Source of the DNA: Amphiscolops sp. MND2022 | Lineage: Eukaryota | Length of the DNA: 64,000 nt | Direction: 5' to 3' | NCBI GenBank assembly: GCA_964187785.1 | Contig: OZ076409.1 | Coordinates: 9,674,001 to 9,738,000, forward strand | Shown here: positions 1 to 10,700 of the stretch, one piece after another | Layout: every line of letters starts with the position of its first letter | Numbering within the stretch: position 1 is the first letter of the stretch | Notes under the pieces: generated by a model | What the model was told of the DNA's origin: nothing | The model's input: only the letters and a program-made list of their open reading frames with translations | Databases searched by the model: none | Program-made: the position numbers and the translations under genes

Positions 1-1112
1 GAGTGAGAAAATAATGTAATATTTGAAAAAGAAAATAAAACATAACAGTATAAAACTGAATGAACTTGGTACTGTCTCACTCAATCAGAATAGGCATCGA
101 ATACTTTCCTTTCAAGTGAAATATTTCAAGTCAAGTGGTTTATTAACTTGGACGGTGATGTTGCTCGGCGCCGCACTGGTACTATATGAAAACGATATGA
201 ACACTACAGTATAGCCCCAGTTTTGCACCGAGACGAAATTCGTCGTGTTACAATTGAAGAATTTCTGATTATTGATATAAATTAACGGATCTTGTTTGCT
301 AATACCCACCCCCACCCCACTCACAGGAAAATTTATCTGTCCCCAGAGTGTTTGCAGAAAATTGCCACCTTCACGGAAATTAATCAATTATTGAATCTAA
401 GCTTTCGAATGTTTCAAACAAAAACTATGAAGTCAGGTTCGTTCCACGCTTGTGTGAACAAGAAAAGGTGATCATTGATTGGAAAATGAAGGTTGTCACG
501 CTGCATGAACAACTTGACTTTCACTTCTAAGATCCCGGTCAACACGTAAAATGGCTCTATCCAAAATGAATTTAAGCAAACTCGTGACCATTACCAAAAC
601 TAAATGGGATACTGTGGCCCTTTATCAGTAAGCTGGGATAATTCCTCTGACAAAACAGTGAAAAAACGACTACGCTGAAAATCCAAAACTTTTAAGTGGG
701 AAAAGGGAAATAAGTTCGCGGGAGCCATTAGCAAACAATATCCAAATTAAACTTGATTTGACATATTTCGACTAGCACTTTCCTGAGGTTTATATAAAAT
801 GCAGTACATATAAGACTCATGATAGTGTCTAGATGATCTACGTTGAGCTAAAAATAGTTCCTTTTTCTTCAATATATCTTGTTATCTTGTTAAAATATCG
901 ATGTTATAAATCAATATAATACAGTACAGTGGCGTCTTTGGTGGCGTCTTTGAACCCTTAAACAACAAAAGACAACACAAAAATGTCTCCCCTTCTAGAT
1001 TATTTCAATCGTATTGCAAACGCAACAATAGTTTTTATATTCATTCCCATCAGGATGCTTCTTTATGCTGCTTTATTTTCTGCTGTATGAATAGGCCCCC
1101 ATTAGAAAAAAC

Positions 1113-1305
1113 TCGAAATCACATCGCGTTGCTATTTCACTTTAATTGACTGAAAATCACGCCGCATTACTATTTCAATGAAATTCACTGGGGAAAACCA
1201 CATCGCGTTGCTATTTCAATGAAGTTACTCGAAAATCACATCGCGTTGCTATTTCACCGAAGTTACTCGAAAATCACATCGCGTTGCTATTTCACCGAAG
1301 TTTGA
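1113..1305. repeat. Tandem array of ~38-bp unit (gaagttactcgaaaatcacatcgcgttgctatttcacc), ~5 copies
   Basis: Unit starts recur at 1221 and 1259 (period 38); the flanking units are degenerate. Confidence 0.9.
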
Positions 1306-1585
1306 AATTAGCTATAGGAAAAGCTGCTCTATAGATCGTTTTGAGAGTCAAAAATAGAAGCAGTAAATACTTGATTATTCGAGGCCAAGTTTCGAACCCA
1401 CAATGATGACAAAGCAATCAAATTATTAAATGTAAAGCGGCAAAAAGAACGAAATAAATAAATAATATTTGACAACAATTAATTGCAAACAACAGTAACA
1501 CAAATAGCAAGGCCTTTTCTCGAAGTTATTTTACTGAAATCAAGAAAAATATTTAGATCTTATTTCCGAAATAGGAAATATTTTA

Positions 1586-1655
1586 CCTGTCCGGGAATCG
1601 CACCCAAGACCTTATGGTTCGAAAGCTAGCGCACTAACTATTTGGCCATAGCGCC
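1586..1655 (-). repeat. tRNA-derived sequence (pseudo-tRNA or SINE head) between the two 38-bp arrays
   Basis: Reverse complement GGCGCTATGGCCAAATAGTTAG...GGGTGCGATTCCCGG has A-box-like and B-box-like motifs, but the acceptor stem does not pair. Confidence 0.5.
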
Positions 1656-1704
1656 TTGAAAATGAACAACTAAAATTTGCTTTTAATCTTATTGCTTGTC
1701 AACA

Positions 1705-2016
1705 AAGTTACTCGAAAATCACATCGCGTTGCTATTTCAATAAGTTACTCGAAAATCACATCGCGTTGCTATTTCACCGAAGGTAGTCGAAAATCACATC
1801 GCGTTGCTATTTCACCGAAGTTACTCGAAAATCACATCGCGTTGCTATTTCACCGAAGTTACTCGAAAATCACACCGCGTTGCTATTTCAGATGAAATTA
1901 CTCAAAATCACACCGCGTTGCTATTTCATAAGAAACTGCTCAAAATCACACTGCGTTGCTATTTCACAAGAAATTACACAAAATCACACCGCGTTGCTAT
2001 TTCAATGAAAGTTTGA
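1705..2016. repeat. Second tandem array of the same 37-38-bp unit, ~8 copies
   Basis: Same aaaatcacatcgcgttgctatttca core; copies degenerate toward the 3' end; ends in agtttgaa like the first array. Confidence 0.92.
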
Positions 2017-4860
2017 ATTGTATTTAGAGAATTGATGATTTTTAGGTACTTTCCTGAAACCGGAGTCTTTAAGTCAATGAACTGATTGTACGGTCTCTAT
2101 ATAGTGCGTCCGGTCTATTAGGAATGGTTTTTCAATTGTCCGGTCCATTAGGAAAGTACCGATTTTTATTTTAAATAGAAAAAATTTTCAATGAAACCAT
2201 ATCAGCATCCGCAGGAGACTTGGGGGCAAACGATGGATAGAAAATTTTCCAAAAATATTTTTAACTTTGTGAAAATCAAGAAAAAGTGCAAATTTGATGA
2301 AAATTGTATCTTTTCTGTTATTCCCCCCTCCCCCAAAGTAAGCTCGGAAGTTTAATTCCCCACCACTATCAGTGATGATTTTCAGTTGCAGTTAGAGCTA
2401 TAAAATACTGCAATTCCATTGGTTGTTAATATTTATTCAATGATAATTTCTCTTGGCCGCTTAACGTGGTGGGGGGATTACCAGTAAAGATCCTGAAATT
2501 TTGTCAAATTTTCGTATTTCTAACTTTTGTAATTTTTCTCGCAGAATTTTCAAACAAACAATTTTGTAAATTAGAAAAAAGTCTAAGAAACTTTTGTAGC
2601 TGACAATTTTAAAGATATTTGAGTTTTAAATTCGCTATTTTGAGCAATGGAGTTGCGATCAGGGATTTGCATTAAAAGAATACATTATTAATGGATATCC
2701 TACATTCAATAAATGCATTACTTTGACTGGCATTTTCATTAAATACTCTAACTTTCAAACAACATTAATTAATACATTTATTGTACAATAAATTGCCGAG
2801 TTTTCATTTTTTTCTCGCCGTTGAGCACTTTTTGCACACTTTCTCGGTTACAGAATGAACCATTCTTGGTCATTCTTGGCGCTTATTGAAATAGTACAGT
2901 GTTTCATTTCAAAAATGATTTTCAACATTTTTCAAAATGGGGACATTTGCTCAGAGCCAGCAGTTGATATAGTTGATATCTGAGACCTATCCATAGATAT
3001 CTACAGATATGTTACACATATCAAACGCCTCCGCCTGCCAAGTGTTTAACTTTGGTGATCTGACAAGCGGAAGCTGTTGCTCTGAGCCATAGTCCCCTAT
3101 TCACAGTAAAGTAATTGGAATATATATACACAGTACATGTATACATTCCGCGCCGCGCCTCATACCACACTGTTACGAATGAAGTGGCGCTTGAACGTGA
3201 TAATTGGCATTTGAAAATGATGAAGGGATCTTTTCTGTTAGCACAAAAATTATTAATTGGTAGGCTTGTATTGCATTGCAACACAAAATTACCAACCCCT
3301 GGTTCCCCCACCAATTTAATACCCCCAGTTAAGAGGTCAAGTGAAATTATCATTGAAATAGTAGTATTAATAATAATATTTGTAATAAAAAAATATTTAT
3401 ACAATAGTGTAAGAAATAAACTGAACCCTTATTTGTAAAAAAAGAATTGGACCAAAACAAAACTAGCTCTGATTTCTGCTATCATCCAAGTTATTTGAAA
3501 ATCAAATAAACAAACATTCTGAAATTTTGTTGCGCACTTGAAATGTAAGTTTGCAAATAATGAAGAAACTTCTTAATTTCATTTTTGATTGATTGTATTT
3601 ACTACTGAATTGGCATAGGGGACATCATTTTGGACAATTTTGTAACATTTGGCACCTAATTTGGAACTTTTATTTATTTGGCAGACACTTCTTCATTTAC
3701 TGAAGCCATTCATTTTTTTTACATTAAGGTAATTGGTATTTTATAGTTTTTGAAAGGGGTTCTCTTCTATTACATTTTATTTACTATCTTAATACGTGGG
3801 ACACAGCTATTTTTCGCAAAGATTGGGAATTATGCTTTCGGTTTTAGATTTTTAACCGATAAAATTATAATCACGAGAATCTGCTAACTAAGGCGATTAT
3901 GCCCATTATCTTAGACATTCAATTTATCCTTGCTATGTTTACATGCAGTCCAAATTATTTCTCACAAATAAGGGTTCAGTTCTTTTCTTACACTATTGTA
4001 ACTCTAACTGCACCTGAATGAAACTCATCGTTGATTCTGGGGAAAATTACAATTTTCGCTCTTACTGTGAGGGGGATTGGCTTTGGTAAACAGAAAAGAT
4101 CCTGATAAAGTGTTTGAAATAAAAAACATGAGTACAAAATCATTCAATACGTGGAAAACACTTACAATTGATAATCATATAATAAATCCAATAAAGAAGT
4201 ACATGAATATACATTTTATGTCCCTCCAAGGCCTAGTGAAAAGTGGGGTCTATGCAAGGTTGTAAAAATAAGTATTTTTAAATAAATATTTTTAAACAGA
4301 TATAATTATTTTTCGACTCAAACAGTTTAGTGAACAAACACGGTCAGCTGTTTATAACGGGGCTGTTTATAATGGCGTAAAAATGTTTCATAGCGGCTCT
4401 CAACTTTTATGTCCCACCAAGGCCTTTTAAAAAAGGGGTCTATGTCCCACTAAGCCGGCTTTGCATAAACAAGTGAAGAAGTTTCCTGGAAATGATATGT
4501 ATTTATAATGATCACCAGAACAAAAAGTCTTATTGGTATTCACTGATTACCGTTTATAGGTTTTTTGTACTGATGGTTGATTGAGTGACATGTTGTAAAA
4601 AAGCAGGTCCATGTCCCACCAAGTGCGTTTTGGTCCCCACGGTATTGTAACTATTGAAGCACGGCCTAACACCCAGTCATGCCAGAATTATCAAGATATT
4701 GATGAATTGACTACATTGAAGACTCATACCAATGAAAGAATCAAACGCATTTAAAGTGATATAAACAAATCACAAACCTAAAAAATTCTACGGGAAAACA
4801 AATTCAGATAAATATATAGATGAAAGTCTTTAATAACGTATCAACTAAAACTTGTTTCAG

Positions 4861-6833
4861 AACGTCAGAAGGGCTCATTCCAATGCAATTCTTGTGGGAA
4901 GATACTAACGAGACATTTCGATTTGCTCCGTCATCGACAAACAAATAAACAATGTAGAGGTCTGCAAGCTAGAACCACATCGTGTATTACAACTCCAGTA
5001 GATGTTCCTGTTGATGTAACCGGAGATGATGTACCTTCTCCCGAACCCGATGCTGCAACAACTTCTCTCGACAGGACACCCAGAGTTAGCCCTGAAAGGC
5101 AACAGTCTGTTCCTCCCCTAGGAGAACTTTTCGGTGAAACAGTTACTTTTGAAGAAGTAATTGCTTCTGGTGAAGTGTTTCCCCCCGAATTAATAACCCC
5201 TCCTAGAGAAAGAGAGACTGCTCGTGAAGTGACTGCTCGTGAAGAGACTGCTCGTGAAGAAGAGACTGCTACTGAAGAAGAGACTGCTCCTGAAGAAGAG
5301 ACTGCTCCTGAAGAAGAGACTGCTCCTGAAGAAGAGACTGCTCCCGGAGGAGAGATTGCTCTTGAAGAAGAGACTGCTCTGAAAGAAAAACAAAAGATAC
5401 CGGAAATTGAACTGCCGTATTTAGATTCCTTCAAATGGGGTTCACACAATCGTTCCAAAGTTGGGTCAAAAAAGTTTTTGGATTTAATTCGAGGGAAAGT
5501 ACCAGTCACCCAAAGTTTCACTGTCAACAACCGCCAGGATTTCAAGAACCGAATGACGAGAAGTACACCATGTCCTGTAGTTTTGAGACAAGCTAGGGGC
5601 AAACTTGCTGGTCTTGTTGTTCCTAGTGCCATACACGGTACCTTCCGTAAAATAACTGAGGGAATCCCTTGCAGCAGGAAAGTAAATGTGTGTTTTTCAG
5701 CACTCCAGGAAGTGGAGAACAATATGACCTTGGCAAGTTTTTTGGGGCATCATGAAGACCCATTCCGCGAGCGAGATCTTCATCCAATGAACATCATCGA
5801 CCTTGACATTGGTCCGCATCAGAGGACAATGAAACACACATTTTCGATTCCAAACTTGATAAAAGAATATTCTCTGGGTCATACTTACACCTCAAGAATG
5901 GATCCCTCAATCCGAGAAGAGTTTGACTTCACTGCTGGCATCAGCAATTACCTCTTGATGACTGAACAGGAAGCACAGACGGATTGGCATCAGGATTTCA
6001 CCGGAACTTCTGTTTTTTACTTTTTGTTGAAGGGAAGGAAAGAATTTTTCATCGTGGAGCCAACCCAGAAAGCCCAACAGCGTTTTGACGAATGGCGAGA
6101 GAGTGAATGGAAAAGGTTTGTTAAAAGGAAAACTCAGTTTTTACTTCAGTTTAGATTAATAATTGTGATCTTTTTCCTTATTGTTAAGTTGTAATTGGTT
6201 ATGTGATTGTTGTCAACAACTGTTAAAAGCTGAAGGTTATGACTGAAGATATTTCCAAAAAAGGGTTTGCTTTTCACGAGTTACAAGATACCTTCAAGGG
6301 GCTGAAACTTCTTAGAAAATTTCCGATGTTTAAAGTAGAAGTTAGTTCTCTCAACTTTGATTAATGTTGTTTTCAGCTCCACTTTCTTCGGTTTCCATCG
6401 AGATGTCACATGCTATCATATTGTGGTAGAAGAAGGAGACGCTATCTTCTTACCAAGCCAGTGGATTCACTTTGTTCACACCCCTGTTGATAGCATTGCT
6501 TATGCGTGTAACTTCATTATGGAAACCCACCTCCACCAGAGTGCCCTAGCCTTCAAGAAGGAGCTAGACGCAGGTTTGGCAAGACGTTTCTTGTTCCCAA
6601 ACTTCCCAGGTTTGATAGTGATGCAGCTCTACATGGAATGGGCTAATAAAAACCGCGTGAGTCCTATCACGAAAGCCGCCATGCGTGAGATGCTGCAGAT
6701 CATAAAAGCTGATGAGCGACCAACTGGTAAAGAATTTCCGCTGGAAAATCCCTGGGCAGAGTTCTTGTATCGCTATGCAGCAACTGTCAGCGACTTGCAT
6801 TGGGATGTAATTGAGGAGTGGCTACAACGTTGA
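4861..6833 (+). CDS. Zinc finger + JmjC histone demethylase (KDM2/KDM7-like); exons 4861-6115 and 6377-6833; first coding exon not located
   Basis: After acceptor tttcag(4860): FQCNSCGKILTRHFDLLRHRQTNKQC (C2H-type finger). JmjC motifs TDWHQDFTGTSVFYFLLKGRK and FLPSQWIHFVHTPVDSIAYACNF give an intact HxD...H triad. Phase-2 GT-AG intron 6116-6376 joins the exons in frame. Confidence 0.88.
5214..5380 (+). repeat. Coding minisatellite (15/18-bp units) encoding acidic EETA(P/R)E repeats
   Basis: gaagagactgctcctgaa repeated within the JmjC exon. Confidence 0.9.
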
Positions 6834-7023
6834 GGAGAAACAACAGAGTCCAGAAAGTGCAGCTTGAGGAAGTCTTCATTTTCAGTTTCAAAACTTGATT
6901 TTCGGCTCTTTATTGACTGATGAACATGCAAACAGTTTGCTTTCTTTATTTAGTGTCATGTGTTTTTTACTTACTGAGCACTTTTGCTTACTTTTTTTAC
7001 TTACGTAGTAAATACTATACCAG

Positions 7024-7422
7024 CAGAGGTGTGATCGCTAACAATTTTATCGCAAATCGCTAACATCGGTAATGGCTTGATTTCATCTCTATCGCTACAA
7101 CAAAATGGGTGGTTCGCTAACGCTATCACTATTTTAAAAACCTGATTTTCAGAAAGATCATATAAAAATTTCAGAATGTACTTTAAAATTAATAAATTTT
7201 GAAGTTTTGGGCAAATTGTACTTCGCCTACAAAGCCGGGCTCATCGAATAACTGTTCGAAAGGAAAAAGCCAAAATGATGTGTCAAGTTATTCGCAATAA
7301 TTTTTTGCATTAGTTAATTTTGAATTTCTAGTTGAAAACATGTTCGCTAACGCTTTAATTTGTCGCTAACTATCGCTATCGCTAATTCATGCTGAATTGT
7401 CGCTATCGCTGTCATACCTCTG
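7024..7422. mobile_element. hAT-like MITE between the JmjC and SET genes
   Basis: TIRs cagaggtgtga / tcatacctctg; 8-bp flanks tataccag (7016-7023) and tatacaag (7423-7430); many internal tcgcta motifs. Confidence 0.8.
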
Positions 7423-7789
7423 TATACAAGGTATAGAAAAAAATCGAAAGTTTCTTATGATGAATGTACAAATGTTGTGGATTTTGAGAATTCAAGAGAA
7501 CAATTGAGGCAAAAAATTCAGCCTCAACTCTGAATTTGCTCAATGATTCTTCCGACTTGTAGGCTACGTGTAACTTTGTTTTTGCTTAAATCAATTGTTA
7601 CTACCTTACAGAATCTGGAAGTATCAGTTGTACTAATGGTCTTTCGTAATTAAAGCATTTCTTCGGAGTGGTTTTTTAATTCAATGTTTTGTAAGCTTAC
7701 AAATGTACATCGAGTTCACTAGTGAGATGGGGTTAGAAACGATTTCTTGTCTGTCAGGACTTCTTTAAACGTAACTTTCTAGGACTTGA

Positions 7790-10700
7790 ATGTCAACAAG
7801 AAGTGCTGCCCGGAAAGCAGAGCCCTGGAGCTCTTTTCTTTACTCAGACCCAGAAGGCTTCCAAGTGAAAACTGTACAGTTTGCAAACGGGGCCACGGGG
7901 CGAGGGCTTTTCGCTAACAGAAGTTTTGACGACAAAAAATTTTTGCTCACTTACTGGGGACCGAGAAGTACAACAAAAACGACCAACTTCGACTATGTGA
8001 TGGAACTGCAAGAAGGGAAACAAGCGGTATTCATTGACACTTCTGACGAAAAGAATTCAGGAATGGCTCGATTCATCAACGACAAGGACAGAGCAGTGGC
8101 TGCTAACTGTCGGATGAAGAAGGTCACTGATGACCAAGGTAGAAACCATTGCATCTTCCTGGCAACTCGCCCGATTCAGTCTGGTTAGTTTGTTTTTTTT
8201 TACAAGACAGAAGGCCATTTAAGGCACTGAGTGTGAGTCCCACCAAGTTCCAGTGAAAAAGGTATCAGTGTCCCAGCAAGTGTTGATCAAAGCGTAACGA
8301 TACATTGAACGGTTTTGCAGTAATACACACTTGGAAGTACCAGGCTATTATTTTACACTGCCTTAACGGTTTCGTAGCAAATTCCAGGCATTTTGCACTA
8401 TGTTTCGTATGAGGTACCACCAAGGCTGAGTAAAAAACGGAATCTATGTCCCACCAATTCTGGTATCGTAAACGGCCTTATTTTTGCACGGCCTTAACGG
8501 GACATCTGAAAATTGAAAAACACTGCCTATTGCCGAAGTTTCCACCGAAGTCATTTTTGTGAGACAATTAAAAGAAACAATTCTCAATTGATCATTCTTG
8601 TTTATCCGTTCATATTCACAGGTGAGGAGTTGCGCTATGATTATGGTTTTCCTCATGCAGAATGGAGACGAAATCCTCAAGCTCCGGGAACCAAAAGTAA
8701 TATAGATAATATAGAAGCCGCTGATTCCAAAAACAAAATATCTCGTAATGTGGACGAGCCCTTCATAACAGTGACAAGGAAGAAGAAACTGGAAACTCTC
8801 TTCAAACAATCTGGACCTGAAAAAGAAAAACCCGGTGATTCCGAAAAAAGAATTTCATCAACAACGCAAAGAAAAGGAAAAGAATCTGAAGTTCCAGTGA
8901 AAGAGGTTTCCAATTTGTATCCCAATCTTAGTGCGAAGAACCTCACAATTCCACTTCAGCCTGTGCCATTGCAATCATGCAACGAATCTAACAACATTGA
9001 GATACAAAACGCAGCGGACACAGTAGAAAAACCTCCTAACACATTACACAACAATGCGGGGGACACGGAACAGAGGATCTCAACAAAGTCATCGCAAAAC
9101 CAATCTAGCAAAGTTGAGAAAAGCAAAACTACTGACACAGAAGAGAAGACTCTTAACCCGTTACGCAAAGAAGGGGACACGGAACTGAGGATCTCAACAA
9201 AATCATCGCAAAACCAATCTAGCAAAGTTGAGAAAAACAAAACTACTGACACAGAAGAGAAGGCTCTTAACCCGTTACGCAAAGAAGGGGACACGGAACC
9301 GAGGATCTCAACAAAATCATCGCAAAACCAATCTAGCAAAGTTGAGAAAAACAAAACTACTGACACAGAAGAGAGACGGGGGGCCACGGAACCGAGGATC
9401 TCAACAAAATCATCGCAAAACCAGTCTAGCAAAGTTGAGAAAAACAAAACTACTGACACAGAAGAGAAAGCTCCTAACCCGTTACGCAAAGACGGGGACA
9501 CGGAACCGAGGATCTCAACAAAATCATCGCAAAACCAATCTAGCAAAGTTGAGAAAAACAAAACTACTGACACAGAAGAGAAAGCTCCTAACCCGTTACG
9601 CAAAGACGGGGACACGGAACCGAGGATCTCAACAAAATCATCGCAAAACCAATCTAGCAAAGTTGAGAAAAACAAACCTACTGACACAGAAGAGAAGGCT
9701 CCTAACCCGTTACGCAAAGACGGGGACACGGAACCGAGGATCTCAACAAAATCATCGCAAAACCAATCTAGCAAAGTTGAGAAAAACAAAACTACTGACA
9801 CAGAAGAGAAGGCTCCTAACCCGTTACGCAAAGACGGGGACACGGAACCGAGGATCTCAACAAAATCATCGCAAAACCAATCTAGCAAAGTTGAGAAAAA
9901 CAAAACTACTGACACAGAAGAGAAAGCTCCTAACCCGTTACGCAAAGACGGGGACACGGAACCGAGGATCTCAACAAAATCATCGCAAAACCAATCTAGC
10001 AAAGTTGAGAAAAACAAAACTACTGACACAGAAGAGAAGGCTCCTAACCCGTTACGCAAAGACGGGGACACGGAACCGAGGATCTCAACAAAATCATCGC
10101 AAAACAAATCTAGCAAAAATGAGAAAAACAAAACTACTGACACAGAAGAGAAGGCTCCTAACCCGTTACGCAAAGACGGGGACACGGAACCGAGGATCTC
10201 AACAAAATCATCGCAAAACCAATCTAGCAATGTTGAGAAAAACAAAACTACTGACACAGAAGCGAAAGCTTCTAAACAACCACGGAAACCGAAGAATGTA
10301 ACTAGAAGCATTGAAGCATCGTATGCCAAAATGACTGAACTAGAAGGAAGAAAACCAAAAACACCTTTTGGAGCCAAAAACGAATGTATAATACCTCAGA
10401 AGGTAAGCACAATTTCATTAATTACCCGTTTAAGATTTGAAATTACTGACTTTTTGAAAAATCTTTTTTTGGTTGCGTTTGCACCTCAAAGTGAAAACAA
10501 TTTGATGGCTTTCATGCACCTCATTCATTGAAGTGCCACAGGATTTTAAAATCATGCTGGTAAAAGTTTTTTTTTTAATTGTTAAGTTTAATCATGTGAA
10601 AAGAATTTTGCATGTAAAAACAAACGCATTGTGGACGAATGTAGATTATAATGCTTCATCATCTGGAAATAACCTCAATACAATTTTAGTCCAAAAGGAA

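Noticed and set aside
1586..1655. Functional tRNA gene
   Set aside because: Acceptor stem does not pair and the B-box is degenerate
1113..2016. 38-bp repeats as a CRISPR array
   Set aside because: Units are contiguous with no unique spacers; no cas genes; eukaryotic context
3021..3438. Overlapping ORFs as the missing first JmjC exon or a third cargo gene
   Set aside because: No recognisable motif and no convincing phase-1 donor
4931..5722. 263-aa minus-strand ORF
   Set aside because: Antisense shadow of the JmjC exon and its minisatellite
6834..7789. JmjC and SET-YR spliced into one protein
   Set aside because: JmjC has its own stop at 6833 and an in-frame TGA (7787-7789) follows the acceptor just before the SET ATG
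8956..10377. 473-aa minus-strand and 357-aa alternate-frame ORFs
   Set aside because: Shadows of the stop-free 114-bp coding repeat
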